From positions 2,944,001-3,008,000 of the forward strand of contig CAXXWQ010000004.1 of assembly GCA_963674945.2 (NCBI GenBank): a stretch of DNA of 64,000 bases, given 5' to 3'. The stretch comes from an uncultured Desulfosarcina sp. GTDB taxonomy: Bacteria > Desulfobacterota > Desulfobacteria > Desulfobacterales > Desulfosarcinaceae. Shown here piece by piece: positions 62,317 to 64,000 of this stretch (position 1 is the stretch's first letter; every line of letters begins with the position of its first letter). Made by a program: the position numbers and the translations under genes. The notes under the pieces are model-generated. The model was not told the DNA's origin and did not search any database. It was given only the letters and a program-made list of their open reading frames with translations.

Positions 62317-63750
62317 ATGATGCGGATCCGATTGTCGATAAAACTCTTCCTGGCGTTTTTCTTGATTCTGGCCATGTCCGTGTGTGCCTTGTTTTTGGCC
62401 CGCTACCTCTCTGCCCGAAACGTCGCCCATTTCATGCACCAGTTGGATCTGCAGCGGCTGGAGCCATTGGTGCCGCTCCTTCAGGAGGAATACCGCAGTC
62501 TGGACAATTGGGACGGCTTTCGCAAGGATCCGCGCCGCTTGGATCATCTATTACGCCGTTCACCGGAAATGGAACGTTCTTTTCGACCACCGCTACCGCC
62601 CAATGGTGCCCCTCCCAGCCCCCACGGTGGTCCCGGCCCCGGCCCACATGGCGGCGGTCCGTCGCGGGTCTTTTTACTGGATGCCAACCGCCTGACAGTC
62701 GTCGGCAAACCGGAATCCGGCGACAAGGACCAGATGATATCCATCACCGTGGATGGCCGGACGGTTGGTTATTTGGGCATGACACACCTCGAACCTTTTG
62801 GATCAGGCCCACCGGCCGCATTGTTGCAACGCCAGACGATGCAATTTTACCTGCTGGGTGCCGGATTGATCGCCCTGACGGCCTTGATCGCCCTTCTGTT
62901 CTCCAGGCATCTTCTCGTGCCCATCAGGCGGCTTATGAGGGGGACCGAGGCGCTGGCCGACAGGAATTTTACCATTCGCATTCGGGCGACGACCGGCGAC
63001 GAACTGGGACAACTGGCAAAAAATTTCAATGTCATGGCCCAGACCCTGGAAAACTACGAACAGATGCGACGGCAGTGGCTGACCGACATTTCCCACGAAC
63101 TCAGGACCCCATTGGCTGTTTTGCGTGGCGAAATCGAAGGGATTTTGGACGGCATCCGCGAGCCCACACCCGACAACCTCTCTTCGCTGCACGGCGAAAT
63201 CCTGAGAATCGGTAAAATCGTGGAAGACCTTCACCTTCTTTCCATGGCTGATGCGGATCGCCTCCAATTGAACAAGCAGCGGGTGTTGCCGGCAACCATC
63301 TTGGACCCCATCGCTGCAATTTACCAACCACGGTTCGAGCGTTGCGGACTTCAATTGGAATTGAAACTAGATGATACGAAAACCGCCTGGATCGACGGCG
63401 ATGCCGACCGTCTGGCACAGGTCTTTAACAATATTTTGAACAACGCATACAAATACGTGGCGCCGCCGGGAGCGTTGGCGATTATCGGCCGTGTGGAGGA
63501 AAATCAGGTCCGCCTCTCTTTTCGAGACACCGGCCCCGGGGTTCCCGAAGAGGCCCTTGACCGTCTTTTCGACCGGCTCTTCCGGGTGGACGCCTCCCGA
63601 AGCCGGAACACCGGCGGCAGCGGTCTGGGGCTCTCCATCTGCCGGGACATCATCGAAAACCACGGCGGGCGGATATGGGCGGAAAACAGCGTTGGCGGGG
63701 GGTTGATTATCGAAATCGCACTTCCCCGATCTGACGGGACGAGCCAATAG
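62317..63750 (+). CDS. BaeS-like membrane sensor histidine kinase
   Basis: Two TM segments, Pro/Gly-rich periplasmic loop, HAMP (DELGQLAKNFN.MA), DISHELRTPL, NILNNA.KY, DTGPG, GGSGLGL. Confidence 0.92.
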   Translation: MMRIRLSIKLFLAFFLILAMSVCALFLARYLSARNVAHFMHQLDLQRLEPLVPLLQEEYRSLDNWDGFRKDPRRLDHLLRRSPEMERSFRPPLPPNGAPPSPHGGPGPGPHGGGPSRVFLLDANRLTVVGKPESGDKDQMISITVDGRTVGYLGMTHLEPFGSGPPAALLQRQTMQFYLLGAGLIALTALIALLFSRHLLVPIRRLMRGTEALADRNFTIRIRATTGDELGQLAKNFNVMAQTLENYEQMRRQWLTDISHELRTPLAVLRGEIEGILDGIREPTPDNLSSLHGEILRIGKIVEDLHLLSMADADRLQLNKQRVLPATILDPIAAIYQPRFERCGLQLELKLDDTKTAWIDGDADRLAQVFNNILNNAYKYVAPPGALAIIGRVEENQVRLSFRDTGPGVPEEALDRLFDRLFRVDASRSRNTGGSGLGLSICRDIIENHGGRIWAENSVGGGLIIEIALPRSDGTSQ

Positions 63751-64000
63751 GCGTGGCGACCGTTTGAGGGAAATGGTGATGATCTATCCCTCCGCTGAAA
63801 GTCGCGATGGATTATTGTGCGCAGCGTTTCAATCTCTTCGGTCGGCGTGTGCACGAATTCCATTCTGCAGCGAAGAGGAAGAATGGCGCTTCCTTTTTGT
63901 AAGTTGGTCTGATCTGCGTTGTTTTGGGCTTTGATGGAATCGTTACCCTGATTCCGTATATCGCTTATAATTCAACCTTCCCATAATTTTTTCGAGTCTG

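Overview
Chromosomal window from a GC-rich bacterium. Gene content (split glutamate synthase, Bat operon, F8-like chemotaxis cluster, intergenic repeat family) suggests a sulfate-reducing Desulfobacterota, possibly Desulfosarcina-like; this is inference only. Layout: (1) 1-10.3 kb chemotaxis operon (atypical MCP-like protein, STAS, cheY, cheA, cheR, Cache MCP, cheW, cheD, cheB). (2) 10.5-18.7 kb moxR-DUF58-batABDE operon with an AT-rich heptamer-repeat hairpin inserted before batD. (3) 18.7-31 kb accessory, decaying region: an apparently intact 2,458-bp IS (imperfect IRs, GGT direct repeat) at an attI-like GTT site, integron-type cassettes with two attC-like sites but no integrase, an IS630 remnant, a PBP1B + LpoP-like pair, two acyltransferase-3 genes and several gene fragments. 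(4) 31-49 kb RND pump, radical SAM, cNMP-binding protein, purF, carB, carA and a three-gene glutamate synthase with a near-consensus sigma54 promoter. (5) 49.6-56.8 kb glnE, a hybrid kinase and an unusual diguanylate cyclase. (6) 57-64 kb pseudogene patch (RAYT-like remnant, DUF1566, truncated PIN toxin-antitoxin), acyl-CoA synthetase, EF-hand protein and a BaeS-like kinase with a BaeR-type tandem box. No tRNA, rRNA or CRISPR array was recognised. All family assignments come from motif recognition by eye, not database searches.
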